DNA of 64,000 nt from Raillietiella orientalis. Its lineage: Eukaryota. Numbering within the stretch: the first letter of the stretch is position 1; the number at the start of each line of letters is the position of its first letter. This document shows, in pieces, positions 1-12,800 of this stretch. Position numbers and translations under genes: made by a program. The stretch covers positions 1,798,001-1,862,000 of the forward strand of contig JAYWIR010000027.1 of the NCBI GenBank assembly GCA_036172245.1. The letters are read 5' to 3'. Below the pieces are notes generated by a model. It was not told the DNA's origin. It ran no database searches and saw nothing but the letters and a program-made list of their open reading frames with translations.

Positions 1-26
1 TCCGGAGGCCGCCCCCGTCCTTGCAG

Positions 27-1552
27 TCTCCCTTCCACATTTCGGAGACAAACCTGGTGAGGGCAGGAGCAGCTCGATTGCTCCCCCCCAGAGAGGGCCA
101 GTGATTAAAGGAGTAGGATGACACGGTTTCGGGCTGGCCACGAAGACACACGGCGAACGGGAACGGGAATAAGGGTGGGATGACCCCCCGGAGCAACAGG
201 GCGGAAGACAAATCGGTCTCTCTATAGACGAGCGCCTGGTCAATTCCTGACCTGAAGCGTTCCGGGAGAGCTGGTCTTTGCTGAGACTTCCACCCTGAGG
301 GAGCAGAGCCCTCGCTGCGCCTCACAAACCAGTTCACGGGTGGGAAACTACCAGGATTCCTGCAGACTTTGCACACCCCGCTCTCCAGCCCGCCGCAGGC
401 GCCGGCTCACAGGGGCTCTCTGTGCCACTCTCCTTGCGAGGATGTCGTCGGAACTCATCCGCGCTAGGCGTCCGACCGACGGTGGCCATCCGCGACGCTC
501 GGTTCCTGTCTTCTCGGCATTTCGCTTCGACCCCCGTGTGACCCAAAGCGCACCGGCGAATGCCGGAGGCCTCCCTTGGCTACGATTCAACGACCGAAGC
601 GAAGATTTGCACCGCTGGGAGTTTTTCACCTCCCCCCTTTCGCCTGGAGAAGCTCCGGTTGTTTCTCGTTGCCTTAGCAATTCCGCTAGCTTTATGATGG
701 GATTCGCCAGCTTGCAGCAGCAGCCGAGGAGCTGAACCACGCGGTTGCGTCACCACCATCCTTGTGAAGCGCCCAGCACGGTTACTGTGCGCCCCGACGC
801 CCTGGGCTGCACGCTGAGAGTTGCGGTGCCAAGGCACTTCCCGCTGGCTTCAGCGGCTCGTTTTTGGCGCACGAGTCGACTTGTTTTCCGCGTGGCTTGT
901 CGCGCGCAAGAGGCGCCAACGAGCTGCAGCGGCAGATGCCGTTGCGCGAGCTCCAGCGCAAGGACCTCGTTTGCATGGAGCAGGATGGGTGCAACGGTTT
1001 CGAAGGACCAAGCAAAGTTACCGTGGATCCCCCTGTGCTTCCGGTACCTGGTGCGGGGGCAATCCACTAAATGGATCTGCCAGCTGAGAATGCGAGAACA
1101 GAGTCGTGAAGGGGGAAGCAAGGAGCTTGCGGGTGGGACGGAAACGCGGTTCGCAAACAAATTCCACTTTGCAACCATTCAAGGGAGGATAAACCGAAAA
1201 ATGGAAGGAACGAGCCACCCTTGCGTGTCGATAGTGGGATCCACCCTTCCTCGAGAGGCGAGTGGTTACGGGAAGAGATAACGAAACGAGGTGACTGAGC
1301 GGGACAACTTGCTCCCGCGGGAAGTCCGAGGTGAAGAGGGAAAATAATCGCAAAAACGGGGGAAGACCGTCGGGAGGTGCACATCCGAGGTCGGGTCTCC
1401 TGCCACGGAGGGTGCCTTTCTCTGTTATATAATGCAGTGAGGAAAAAATCCCACGGAGCCTGCGGAAACTGGCCGTGCGGGAAAAGCTGCCTAAGGATTG
1501 CCATAGCAAAGGGAAACCGGGTTTCGGACCGGAGATCGAGGACCACTCCTGA
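27..1552 (+). other. Possible 3' exons of an unidentified + strand gene convergent with CDK9
   Basis: Splice-like pieces: 30-nt exon 27-56 (ccttgcag|...|gtgagg), acceptor at 227, GC3-rich stretch about 911-1050 (GANELQRQMPLRELQRKDLVCMEQDGCNGF...), acceptor aatgcag|1438 followed by EEKIPRSLRKLAVREKLPKDCHSK...HS* (TGA 1550-1552). Phases could not be joined consistently and no family was recognised. Confidence 0.2.
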
Positions 1553-2141
1553 GAGTGGAAGCAAGCAGCGGCCTGCAGTGCTCGCTGATAGCAAGAACAA
1601 AAAGGGACTACCAGAAGGCATGAACGGATCCTCCATCTTCGCTTCACCGTTGGAGAACACGTCAACGGCGAATCGATTTATCACAGATGGAAACAGCGAA
1701 GATGAACCGATTGACCGAGGAAAGAAAAGTCTTCTTATGTTCTTCCGCTTCTGGACCTTGCCATCCACTGCTCAAACATGGAACACGAGGTGTTTCCTCG
1801 CCCGTTTGATAGGCATCACTTCTGATAAGCTGCGAAATAGCATCCAGTCCGCACACTTGCATCTGGGAGTGCCTATTCACAAAACAGAGAAACACCAGCT
1901 GGTTAGTGCTAGGAGGTATTTCCAGATGAGAATAACATAGCACTAATAATTAAAACAATTACGAAAAAGTGAAGAATAAGGGGAGCGGGGGGGAAGCTTC
2001 CGAAACCAATCAAAAACACGCAAAAGGCAAAACTGTTTAAAAACACAATGCCTGGTCTTGTTGCTTGTACACATGGGGTTCTCTTCTCTGCCATATGAAT
2101 ACGAAATAACTCTTACCACGTACACAACAAAGAAAGATATA

Positions 2142-2966
2142 TTAAAACACCCTATCGTGGTATCCACTTTCCATAGATGCGGCATTTTTATTGATTTCTG
2201 GCTGTTGTTGAACCCTGCCACGTCTTGGTGGAGCCAAATACTCAAACATGCTTTTTGTGTGCAGGGCTAGCATTTTTGAAAGTTCACAGGGCATAGGATC
2301 TTTCCAGAAGAAATCATGGTTAAGAGCCTCGTCACTATCAGTTCGCTTATCGGGATCCAACACCAAAAGTTTGTCAATAAGATCACATGCATATGCATCC
2401 ACGACATAAGGACGCAGTCTCTCTTTCACTTTCCTTTTTTGTCCTTTAAGTAGTTCCATCTTATTGTATAGTTCCAGCTTTTCTACTTTGGGCCACATTT
2501 CTGTTGTGATGGATCCACACAACTGAGATATCAAGGTTATCTGGTGTTGTTCTGTCCGACCCTAGAACAGTTTTGGGAGCCAACATTAACATGTATAGAG
2601 CTTTTTCAGATACATGGAATCATTCAGACCCCTTCTCCCCCCACAACCATTAAGATTCAGGCATGTTTTGTTTGACTAGAATCAATGGAAATGAGTTCTT
2701 TGAACAGTGCACTCACTTCACACAGAACACAGACCAGAACATTTTCACCTTTCTGTGAACAAGTGAATGACACAACCATACCTTAACTGACAGCAACTAA
2801 ACAAAAGGGTAACTCACAAATCTTAAAGTTACTGCAGCATAATGATCTATGAAATGACCTTTAGAAATCCCTAGAAATCACCGTAATTCATATCGCCATC
2901 TCGAAATTACCTAGACTGCTATCATGGTTCTCACAAAATGATTCTGGAAAGATTAATTTTGTGTGG

Positions 2967-3034
<68 letters not shown>

Positions 3035-5109
3035 TTTTGGAAATCAATCATGAACATATTTAAATGTTTAAATAGGAATCACACAAAGAGTTACATTCCA
3101 GTCAACTATAAGAAGAAAAAAATCAGGACAATAATTTCCAAATAATAATAATCTCTATGGGAATCAAAATTACACATATCTTTGTTGACAAGTTACCTGC
3201 ATTATGGGGCTTCGAGTCCACATTTCTGCCATGATGCAACCTGCTCCCCACATGTCTACTGCAGGTCCATAATTTCGTTCTCCAAGAAGCAATTCTGGAG
3301 GACGATACCATAAAGTGACTACTCTACATGTATATCGGTTTGGTCCATTTTTACTGCTATTCAATGCTCGAGCTAAGCCAAAGTCAGCTAACTTCAAGAC
3401 ACCATTTTTTGTGATAAGCACATTAGCAGCTTTCATATCACGATGCAGGATCTAAACATAGAGCCATATTTAGTACTACGAATTAGTAATACAATTTTAT
3501 TGTGCTGCAATTCAAATAGGACTTCAATACACTAAGCAGGTACAGCATTTATATCTAATACCACTTTTGAGGTGACTCCACTAAATGGGAATCCCTATGA
3601 ATATACTTTCCACACTTGAATCATATGACCTGGCACATACTCTCAAATAAAGCACAATTTAAATTCAATTAGTTTGGGGACAATACAGCAAAAACAAAAG
3701 GCATGCCATGAAAATAAAGTATACAACAATTTCATTGTAAAAATTCTTTAAATTGAAAATCAAACGAAAAAATTAATACTATAAATCAACAAAATAAAAG
3801 CACTTTCAATGCAGTGAACTGTAAAATATTCTTAAATAAATTTCCACTACATTATTGCTTCTGTAGAATATCAATTTAACACAATTTTAATCAAGTTTTC
3901 TACATGCTTTCTGGAAAAAAATTACCATGATTTGCTAATTAGACCTAACATTCAAACAAAATCAAATACTTCTATCAAAAAATATGGATTATAAAACAAC
4001 TCAGGGCAAAAGAAAATAGGATACGCAATTAAATATAATCTAAAAGTTCAATTACCTTATTACTATGGATAAAATACAATCCATTGAGCAGCTGCTGCAT
4101 AACTTTCTTGATTTCCCCTAGACTAAATTTTACATTTGCGTTGGATAACAATCCAGCTAGGTCATGTTCGCAAAAGTCAAATACTAAATAGAATGTGGAT
4201 TTATATCGCTTATACGATGAGGCTAAAAGAAACACACAAAACCTAATTCCTCAATTCAGAAAGCAAAAATCTTCACCTTTATGGCGGCAGATTTCAATAA
4301 GATTAACAACATTCTCATGTTTTAAAAGCTGTAAAATTCTTATTTCACGTAATGCAGTGATAGGAAACTGAATATAAAATATTAGGTAATATCTTAGTCA
4401 GTGATTTCCATTTTGAACTCACTCCTTCAGTTTCATTTTCCATTAAAATTTTTTTCAAAGCTACGATTTTCTTTGTAGTTTTATGTCGACCTTTGAACAC
4501 CTCTCTAGTTGGGTAAGACAAACATGTAAATAAATAAATATCTCTTTCAAAAAATGTGCAACACAGATAAATTTTGATTTTTGAGGCAATGTAACAAAAT
4601 GCTAACACGTGTAACGAATTTCATTATTCATGACGACAAAAATCGAAAAACATTCCATAGATGATAGTCAAAACAACGTTATCTCATTTACATCATTGCA
4701 GTGTTTTTTTTTGTAAACACATTGAACAAATGAACATGATTTGGTGAAACACCCCGTACGCTATCTCGAGTAACTAGTAACTCGGAGCAAACACTTAAGA
4801 TGGCGTAAACTGGGGACTTAAAATTTTATTCTTGTTTGTTGATAAATAAATAAATAGATGAAACACACGTATTTTGGTTTTGATGGAGTAGAGATGCTTT
4901 GTAAGTGTTTTTGCAAATCACCGCCCCTCATGATCGCAAGGTTCATTCTACAAATTGCTGATTTCTACATACAGCAGCAACGGCATTTCAATGGAATAAG
5001 TTACATACCCGAAGGTTCCTTGCCCAATTTTGACCAACTTTTCGTATTTATCCACATCATCACAATAACGGAATTCCAATTCGTCCTGCTTGGAATCCTT
5101 AAATGTCAT
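2142..5109 (-). CDS. CDK9: Cyclin-dependent kinase 9 (P-TEFb kinase)
   Basis: Exons 5109-5009, 4504-4423, 4367-4277, 4222-4056, 3451-3197, 2561-2142, all GT-AG; total 1116 nt = 371 aa plus stop. Motifs GQGTFG, VALKK, PITALRE (CDK9 hallmark), [43 protein letters not shown]. In-frame upstream ATGs at 5124 and 5139 are alternative starts. Confidence 0.96.
2971..3031. repeat. 61-nt T homopolymer (poly-A on the CDK9 sense strand) in the last CDK9 intron
   Basis: Uninterrupted T run seen directly; no target-site duplication visible. Confidence 0.9.
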
Positions 5110-8100
5110 TGTATTTGAAATCATCTTATTTGATATCATGTTCGACAGATAACACCACACACTACAGTAACATAGTTACGTAAAACCGGTAGGAAAAACA
5201 CTTCTCACTACTCCATTTCTTTTTGGCTTTCCTTGCAAAATTATAAGACACAATAAAACTGGCAATGAAGGTTTGTTTGCCTTTTCTCCTCGCAAGAGCC
5301 ACAGTAAGCACACGAGCCCACACATTAACCCTTTCCGCGGCAAGCGCTAGCACTATTGTGCTAACGTGCTCAAGCACGTGATCTCAAGGGTGCCAGTACA
5401 CCCGCGCGAGATCGCTTTCAGGCTACCGACGAGGAATCGATGTCAATCGGCTTGCATCTGAACACTTCAGCTTGGCATAGGGCAACAGCCCCCAGTGTGC
5501 CGGGAGTATTTATGTGGCTTTCATGAGCGCAAGTTTGTCAGCAGTCAGCGTAATAAATGCATGCGACATGTGGACGATCAGCAATGTGTTCCGGGGCAAA
5601 AAAAAAACGATGCAGAAACACAACTTGTAGCAAGACCGCAGAAACGAAACAAATAAACGTGGTCACAGGTACGGAAGGCGAAAATTACTTCGCATTTTGT
5701 GGTGGCTATCTCAGTGTCTTTAATACGGCGATAATTTGCTACTGACAATTTGCTCTGCATAAATTACTCTGTAATAACGAATTTTTTACCAAAATAATTT
5801 TCGTTACAACATTTGGGTCTTTTACATGCATAAATAAATGAAACACCGTTAAATGTTCATAATGGTTGGCACGATGTAGAAAAGTATTCGAGCGAATTCT
5901 GATCGGTGGGATTTGGATTGGACACATTTTCAATTTCAAGATTTATGACATTTAACAGGATTTGTTCTGCTTTGGACATAATCGTTAACCCCCGAGCCAC
6001 CTGTCTAAATGGAATACAAGCAAAAAAGATTGCTTCGCATTCTGTCAACCACATTTCTGCATCCAGGTGTTTGGAAACTCTTTAAAAGGCAATCAATAGA
6101 AATGAGAAATTTGGAATTTAGACCTTAGGATTCCCTCCTAGAAGTTTGTGGATTTCTTCTTCTTCCTCCTCATGTGCATGCAAAACATAGTTGGAAAACT
6201 CGCGACTGAACTTTTGCTGAAGCTTCGATAAATAGCGCTGCAATCAGTCTTCTAGATGATTCATTTTTCTGGCAGAGAAAAAATTAAAAGAATATTTTGC
6301 CCTATAAGTTTTGACTGCTTTTTAGGTCTGGTTTTTGTGAAGTCACATAATGTCGTAATCCTCTGCAGCGTTACTCGCACCGACAACTACGCTCTTTCAT
6401 TCCGTTTTCAAGTGTGAATATGTTCTTATGATCAATGGCATTATGAGAAATATGTGGTCGAAATAGATGTGCCGTCTTTCAGGGATACGGAGAATTCGCA
6501 CAGTCAGCGAGAAACGCTCCAAGTGCTTTCCATTTTATTTTGCTTTGCCTTGCTTAAGGTGATGGAAACTTTTGCAGCCGAGAGAACTGCGGTCCTTGAA
6601 ACCCAGGCTCTTGCCAAGTACGGAAGGGTACGGGATGTTCTCATATCTGAAGGAAGGATGTCATCTACTATGTTCAAACGCGGGAAGGCAGCCAAACTGT
6701 TCTCAAGCCTCCCGAGAAAGTCGCGATTTCGGGAGATCTGAAATCCCGTGCTCCGAAAGAACCTGTTTACTTCTGTAGCATTAGAGGAGCACCGATCCCC
6801 TCAATGTGAACCACGAGTGGTGGTGGTGACGTTTAGGAACTGGAATAGCACAGGGGTTTTATTTAGAAAGGCGAGGGAAGTTCTCGTGAGTCACCGATGC
6901 GGAACCTGTGTTTCATCTTTATCCGAAATGAATGAGTGGATCAGGAGAGGGAAAAAATGACTGGAAGAATCTTCATGTTTCGAAACTCTTGGAGACTTTC
7001 CACGGCATGGTTTGCTACAGTCCAGCTTTCGTTTCACGCCGACTCCTGAAGATACGGGAAGCTCGGCAAAGTTTGTAAATCGCGAGATGGGACATCTAGG
7101 GAGGGCACCTGAGTTCGAACGAAACAGAAAATTTTTCCCGCCCGTTTTCGGGCAGCGCAATTTCGGGACCTCCAAAACTGAGGGGAACCGCTGGAAAAAC
7201 GACGCAACCCGGATGCCCACGTTTTTTAAACGGCATGTTCCTGAACGTGCCCTAACACGCCCCATCGGAACAGCTGATGGAGTCGCAAAAGGATGCGGAT
7301 CGTAGGTGAACCCGCATACCGGTCGAGCGGAGGATGGTCAGGCCCGAAGCGCTGGTTCCCTCTCGTCTCCATGCATGGATAGATGGAGAGGTGTTGGGTT
7401 ATGATCCCAGGCCCCAAAGGTCCCACCGAGGTACGAGGTGGATGGTATTCGACGAAGGAAGGCGCGCATGTCGCCCCCGGAGGGCGCCCTCGTCACACGC
7501 CGAGGAAGCAGCATTTCAGTTGGGAAATGTTCAGCTTCCGATCACGTGACCGGATCAGGAATCACGGATTCGGGGAGAAACCGGAACCGCGGTTTCCCTC
7601 TTGTCCTCGTGTCGCACGCACCTTGTTCCCCTCCCCCCGCGCCGCATCCGTAGCTGAGAGAATGTGCAGCTGGTCCACGAACGGAAAAGACTCCCGTTCC
7701 CGTTCGTCACACGCGAGCTCCTCGCCGAAGAATTCCCTTTGCGAAAGGCGCACGGGGTCTGCCTGGCTGCAAACGCCGCGTTCGGGATTCGTCCGGCGGC
7801 TGACCGAGCGCCCCGCGTCCGCAGCATCTCCGGAGCAACGGTCACTCCCGCAGAGCCCTGGCACTCATCCGCGCGTGCGAGCCTCGCCGTGCGGGCCAGC
7901 CGCCCTGCCCGGCCTTCCGCTAGCGGCGCGCGCGCCCGTGTCCGAAGTGAGTGCATCGCGCTCCGGGGTGGGCCGGCAGCCGCACGGGGGGGAGCTCGCG
8001 CAGGCGCAGGAAGCCGGCGGTTGTGATGGCGGCTTTCACTTGACCTCTCCACCGGCAGGTGCGCCGCGGAGCGCGGGTCCGCCCAGGGCACTATAGGTGT

Positions 8101-8263
8101 TCTATAGTATGTTTTTTTTTATTACATGCTAATAATTTTTCACATTACACACATCTTACTACATTTGGCACGCCAATAATTAAAATTTAATCGAGCGATA
8201 GCCAATTAAGCGAACAAGCTGGTCACCCAACATATATGAAGTATTAATTGAGTCCAATTTTAA

Positions 8264-8745
8264 CCCATTGGGTGCTATGGACGCATATATGCTTCGTACC
8301 AAAAATCACCGGCGTGCACTATGGACGCATGTGAGAAAATTATCAGCATAAAACTCTTCTATGCGTTTGGTAGATGTTTTTACCTTGTACATGCATAAAT
8401 AAATGATCTGCACAGCATCAACTAAGTGAACACTATTCATGTTTGAGGTGGACACAAGCACTTACGTTCCCCTTAGCAACGGCAGTAAACAAAATTTTAT
8501 TTATATCGGCTAACTATTTTCCAGAGAGTCCCTTCTCTGTGTAAATAAAATAAATAAACAATAAATAACGATGTAAGTAAACAACAAATAGAGGTGTAAA
8601 TAAGCAATTATAATAGTAACTTTAATCATCACTTTATAAAGTGCTGACTAGAGTTACTATTATGATTGTTTATTGTCTATGGAGCACGCGACTCGCGTGC
8701 CGTCAACACGGAACTCTCACTCTGATGAGCTCCGCACCCAAAGGG
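8264..8745. mobile_element. Non-autonomous piggyBac-type element (MITE), 482 bp
   Basis: TTAA on both sides (8260-8263, 8746-8749); ends CCCATTGGGTGC ... GCACCCAAAGGG form a 12-bp TIR with 1 mismatch and CCC/GGG termini; subterminal direct repeat CTATGGACGCAT twice at the left end; palindrome GCACGCGA-C-TCGCGTGC near the right end; AT-rich interior with no transposase. Confidence 0.85.
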
Positions 8746-9631
8746 TTAATTTAAGTAAATTAGATATTTATATACTTTTCCATACACGAGTCAAGCACTA
8801 CGAAATCATAGGAAACAGTGGTTCTCTTAGTCACCTTCAACCCCGACTTTCGCTTACCGAAATTCAAAATTGAATTCGATCACCAATCTCTAAAGATGAA
8901 AATTGGGGTCGCATAGTTTAGTCAACACTCATCTTGAGGATGCGAAGTGTATGCCATGCAGCATGAGTTACGTGGTGGACCCTTCAGGGACTATCGCACC
9001 TTGGATTAAAAGGTTCCTCCGAGACAAAAAGTTCATCATCGCCATCCCATGTCTCCAGAGTCGAGCCAGTTTAAGCCAAGGGGCCCGTACCGTGCTCAGG
9101 ATCCATCTCTTTGAAACCATACTGGGATTCACTTATCATCAACACTGCAGAACAAGTGAGAGGACGAGTTCACTTTCGTTAATCGCGGTGAGGGCGAGCG
9201 TCAGAAAAGAATGCGGGAAGCTGAGAGCCGCAAAGACTGCACTAGAAGCTGCATCTTTCAGTGCAATCTTCAAGTGCAACAAGAGCCAAAACACCACTTC
9301 ACACTGCCAGCTCGCTTGGCTCCAGGGTTTGGTGCCGCACCATTTTCTTCTGCGAGAAAATGGCGCAGCACCAAAAACTCTTCCATTCTCTTCTTCCTCC
9401 TCCTCTTCCTCGTCGTCGTCGTCTTTAACTCATCCCGTTTTAATCTATCCGTGATCTCCCAATAGCCACCCGTTGCCATCGCCACCGCAGGAAACCCTTA
9501 GAGCCACCCTTTCCTCCGCTCGCGATGATGCCATCCGACCTACCCACCGCGGTTTCTTCAGCAGTCTCTGACCCCTTCTCATAGCGGACAACCAGTCTCC
9601 ATGGCAAACCCGTCCTCCTCCGACGACCCAG

Positions 9632-9806
9632 TCACTGTCACCCTCTCCATTTTCACGATCGGAGGGAGCGGTGGGCTTCCTGGACACTCTGGAGAGGCAA
9701 CCCTCCGAGGGGGATGTCAACCAGCTCCCCTTTTCACAACCGGAGGAGAACCCCGAAGGTCTCTCCGATTTCTGGGAGGATCCTAGAGGGTCAGCTTCCC
9801 ATCCTT
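9632..9806 (-). repeat. Diverged copy of dispersed GC-rich repeat family
   Basis: Reverse complement ATGGGAAGCTGACCCTCTAGGATCCTCCCAGAAATC...GTTCTCCTCCGGTTGTGAAAAGGGGAG...GTTGCCTCTCCAGAGTGTCCAGGAAGC aligns by eye to the copies at 28532 and 55609. Boundaries approximate. Confidence 0.6.
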
Positions 9807-12800
9807 GCCAGCCGACAGGGGTTTCCAGCTTCCACCAGTGCCTCCGCGTCCGAAGGCTGTGGGTCAATCAGCGTCATTCTGTGGGAAGGGAGGCTCGAAA
9901 CCCACGATGCTCCCTTCCCCTTTCTCGGCGTCGACCCCCCCCCCCCCTTCCCCCGGGAGTGCTTCGAACCCGCGAAGTGCGGTGAAGCTGCAGCCCCACG
10001 ACCCGCCTTTCTTCCGCAGCACCACTCTTTGCACACGTGTTCCTCGCAACGCTCGTCCCCTCGGACACGCAGCTGCAGGGGTCTCCCCGTGGTGTCCACC
10101 TGCACGGAGGGAAACCCTGCAGTTGCTTTGTGATGGCCGTTGACCTTCCTCAGTCTCGATCATCGAATTGGCACCACTCGTCCTCCTACCTCTCGGTGAA
10201 TCCCGGTCCCCTACATCCCTTCCGGTCTCCGACTCTTTGCCCATCACTCCGCTGCCCCTTTTCCGACACCGCCTCGTTTTCTTGTCCTCAAAAGACTCGC
10301 CATTCTCACACCTGAGGGCCGCCGCATCCTGACCCAGGTTCGAATCGATCGCAAGAGATCGCAGCTCACTCCTTTCCTTACAGGTCATACCGGTCTGTGA
10401 CTTGCGCTCGGACGACCTTGCAGAAGGCTCTCCGGGGAAGCGAGCTCCCGACCTCCAGAGTTGGGAACCCGAGGTCACGGGGACCGCTTGCAGCGACGGC
10501 CCTCGTGGGCATCGGCGCAGCAGCGGGAGTTTCCTCTTCCGGAACGGAACCGGGCGGCCTCGGGAACCTCCCCAGCATCCTTTTTCTTCCGCGCAGATCT
10601 TTCGCGGACTCCCATCTCTCGCCGACAGCGGCAGATCCTCGTCACCACTCGTGCCCCGGACACAGCCTCTCTTCCTAGTCCGTATCAGTCGGAAGGGCGT
10701 GAGTGGCCCGGGGGCATTTCCCTTTCCCCAAAGGACCGAGGGCAGGTGGATCCATCTTCCCATGGAAATAGTGTCCCTCGACTCGTTCGCAGGAACCGAT
10801 GCGGACCGCGCTCTTCCTGAGGCCAGCCCGGGATCCCGACCAAGCGCCTCCCACTTCGTGGCTGTCGGCGTCGGTACGGAACCCATGGAAACGCGTCTCT
10901 CCCACGGACGCCTCTTCTCGCCGAGCTCATCCCCACCGCCGCAGCAGCACCCTCCATAATACTCGAGATTCCATTGTTCTTCCATCTCCCCATCATTAAT
11001 TTTGCTCGAGATTTCTCCATTTCGAGATGACGTGTCACGGGGCATTTGCATACGCTTGGAGAACGACCCTTAATTGCTTAATTACTGGAAGTCATCTGTA
11101 CTGGGCGTACTAAGAGTGCAATCTCCAGAAGATGTGGGGCAGTCGTACAACGTCTACGGAGTGTCGTCATCATGCTGGAAAATCAAGTCAGAGATGGCGG
11201 TAAGTGATGGAGTGAGAAGTAGGGAAAGGATTTTTCACCTGAGTACTCCAGGGAGTTTATTTTCGTGGGACTCTTAACCCTGTCGCGTACGGAATTTTTT
11301 CTTAAATCGGCCGTTTGGGGTCCGTCACGAGGAGGCACGGGGGCTGGGAAAAAACAGACAAAACAAACATAAATAAATGAAGAAGTTCAGAAAATTTGGG
11401 GGGGAGGGGGGAGGGTCGGGAAGGAATCACGGTGCCTCCCGCGACGTCCCGTTCCTTCTCTGGAGGATGCTGGCAAGTCGGCACTCCTTGTTTCCCGGGT
11501 GGTGGCCATCTCGCGGCCATCCTTAGAAGGAGTTTCTCGTCCGGAGGATGGCGCCCCTGTCGGGCTGGCTTCTTCCTCTATGCGCTCCAGGCTGCCTCTC
11601 CTCCCTGCAAGCAGCGAACGGCTGCTAAGCGCGCGCGGCTCGTGGCCGTGCGCCGCGCACGAAGAGGCGCTCGAACAGCGTGTCTGGGATCGCCCCCGGG
11701 GATATGAAGGGCCGTCAGAAAACGTTCCCAGAAGGGCCGGAGGGTAACGCAGTCAAGGAGCAGGTGTGGAGAAGGTGCGGCAGCTGACCATAAGTGATGA
11801 GGAAGGTGGAAGAGACGAGGAGGAAGGAAGTCCATGAGAGTCCTACAGCTGCGGCAAAACTGCAGCCTGTTCGTCTTGGGCATGTTGACCATCCAAAGAA
11901 TCAGACTGCATGTGCGACTCCGTCTTTTGGCACTCTGCTCCAAATTCTGGACCTCTCCCTGGTGTGCTCCGGCACACCACATCCTTCGGCGATACGCTGG
12001 AAGCGAAGGACTTCTTTCGTTGCTACCTCGCCGTCGGCGCGGAATTACTGGTTTCGGCTACCCCTGAGGCAGCTGTCCCCTCTCCTGGAAGCCCATGCTT
12101 CCATCTTCCACCGTCCCAAGAAACGGAATTATCTGGCGGCAGGAGGTCCTCTGGAAGTGCGCCCAGAGGAACTGCGCCCTTTGCAGAAAATCCTCTGCAA
12201 ACCGCTGGGAAATCTCTTTCAGGGCTGGACGCACTGGTCGCCTATAGCCCCTCTCGTCTCTTCCTCAGCGCTGTCTTCCCTCAGGGCAAACGATAACAGC
12301 AGCCAACTGGGAGGGAAGGGAGCGGGGGCGTTGTCCTGCAGCATTGCAAAGGTCGCGAAACCCCTCGACGACGGCTGCAAGACGAAGGGGTTGATGGACG
12401 ACGAAGCTCATCGTTCCCGGGCGACGGGAATCCTCCGGTGGGGCGACCTGCCCGCAAGAACTCGCGGTCCGCTCCTCCCTCGTGTGTGCAGACACCTCCG
12501 TGTTCCCGCTGCGGGGAAACCACAGGGATCCTGCCTCTAGGGATCGCCAGCAACAACCAGAGCAGGCACCTGCTGCCCTGGGAGGTTGCTTCCCCGAGTC
12601 GTTCCAGGTGCGGGGCGGCTGGATCTCTCCCATTGGACTGCAGCGTCCTCGCGGACACGTGGCGGAGACCGATCTCGGCGATTCGCCACCCGGAGGGCAC
12701 CGCCAAGGACTTGGTGGGCTGACGGCGGGATCGGTGATTTCATCGATCTGTTCCCTCCGTGCTACCGTCCCAGTCCGGTCCGTGATGGCGCCCTCGCTTG

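Noticed and set aside
4743..4822. RNase MRP-like AAGTCCCC...ACGGGG motifs in CDK9 intron 1
   Set aside because: Motifs only about 65 nt apart, too short for the MRP core, and flanking helices are absent.
9864..11051. 395-aa minus-strand ORF
   Set aside because: Arg/Gly/Ser/Pro-rich with no domain, overlapped by ORFs in other frames; expected in GC-rich non-coding DNA.
11130..11290. IFQHDDDTP Tc1-like motif (minus strand) and a lone TTAACCCT end
   Set aside because: Motif is immediately followed by a stop, with no further transposase motifs and no matching opposite TIR.
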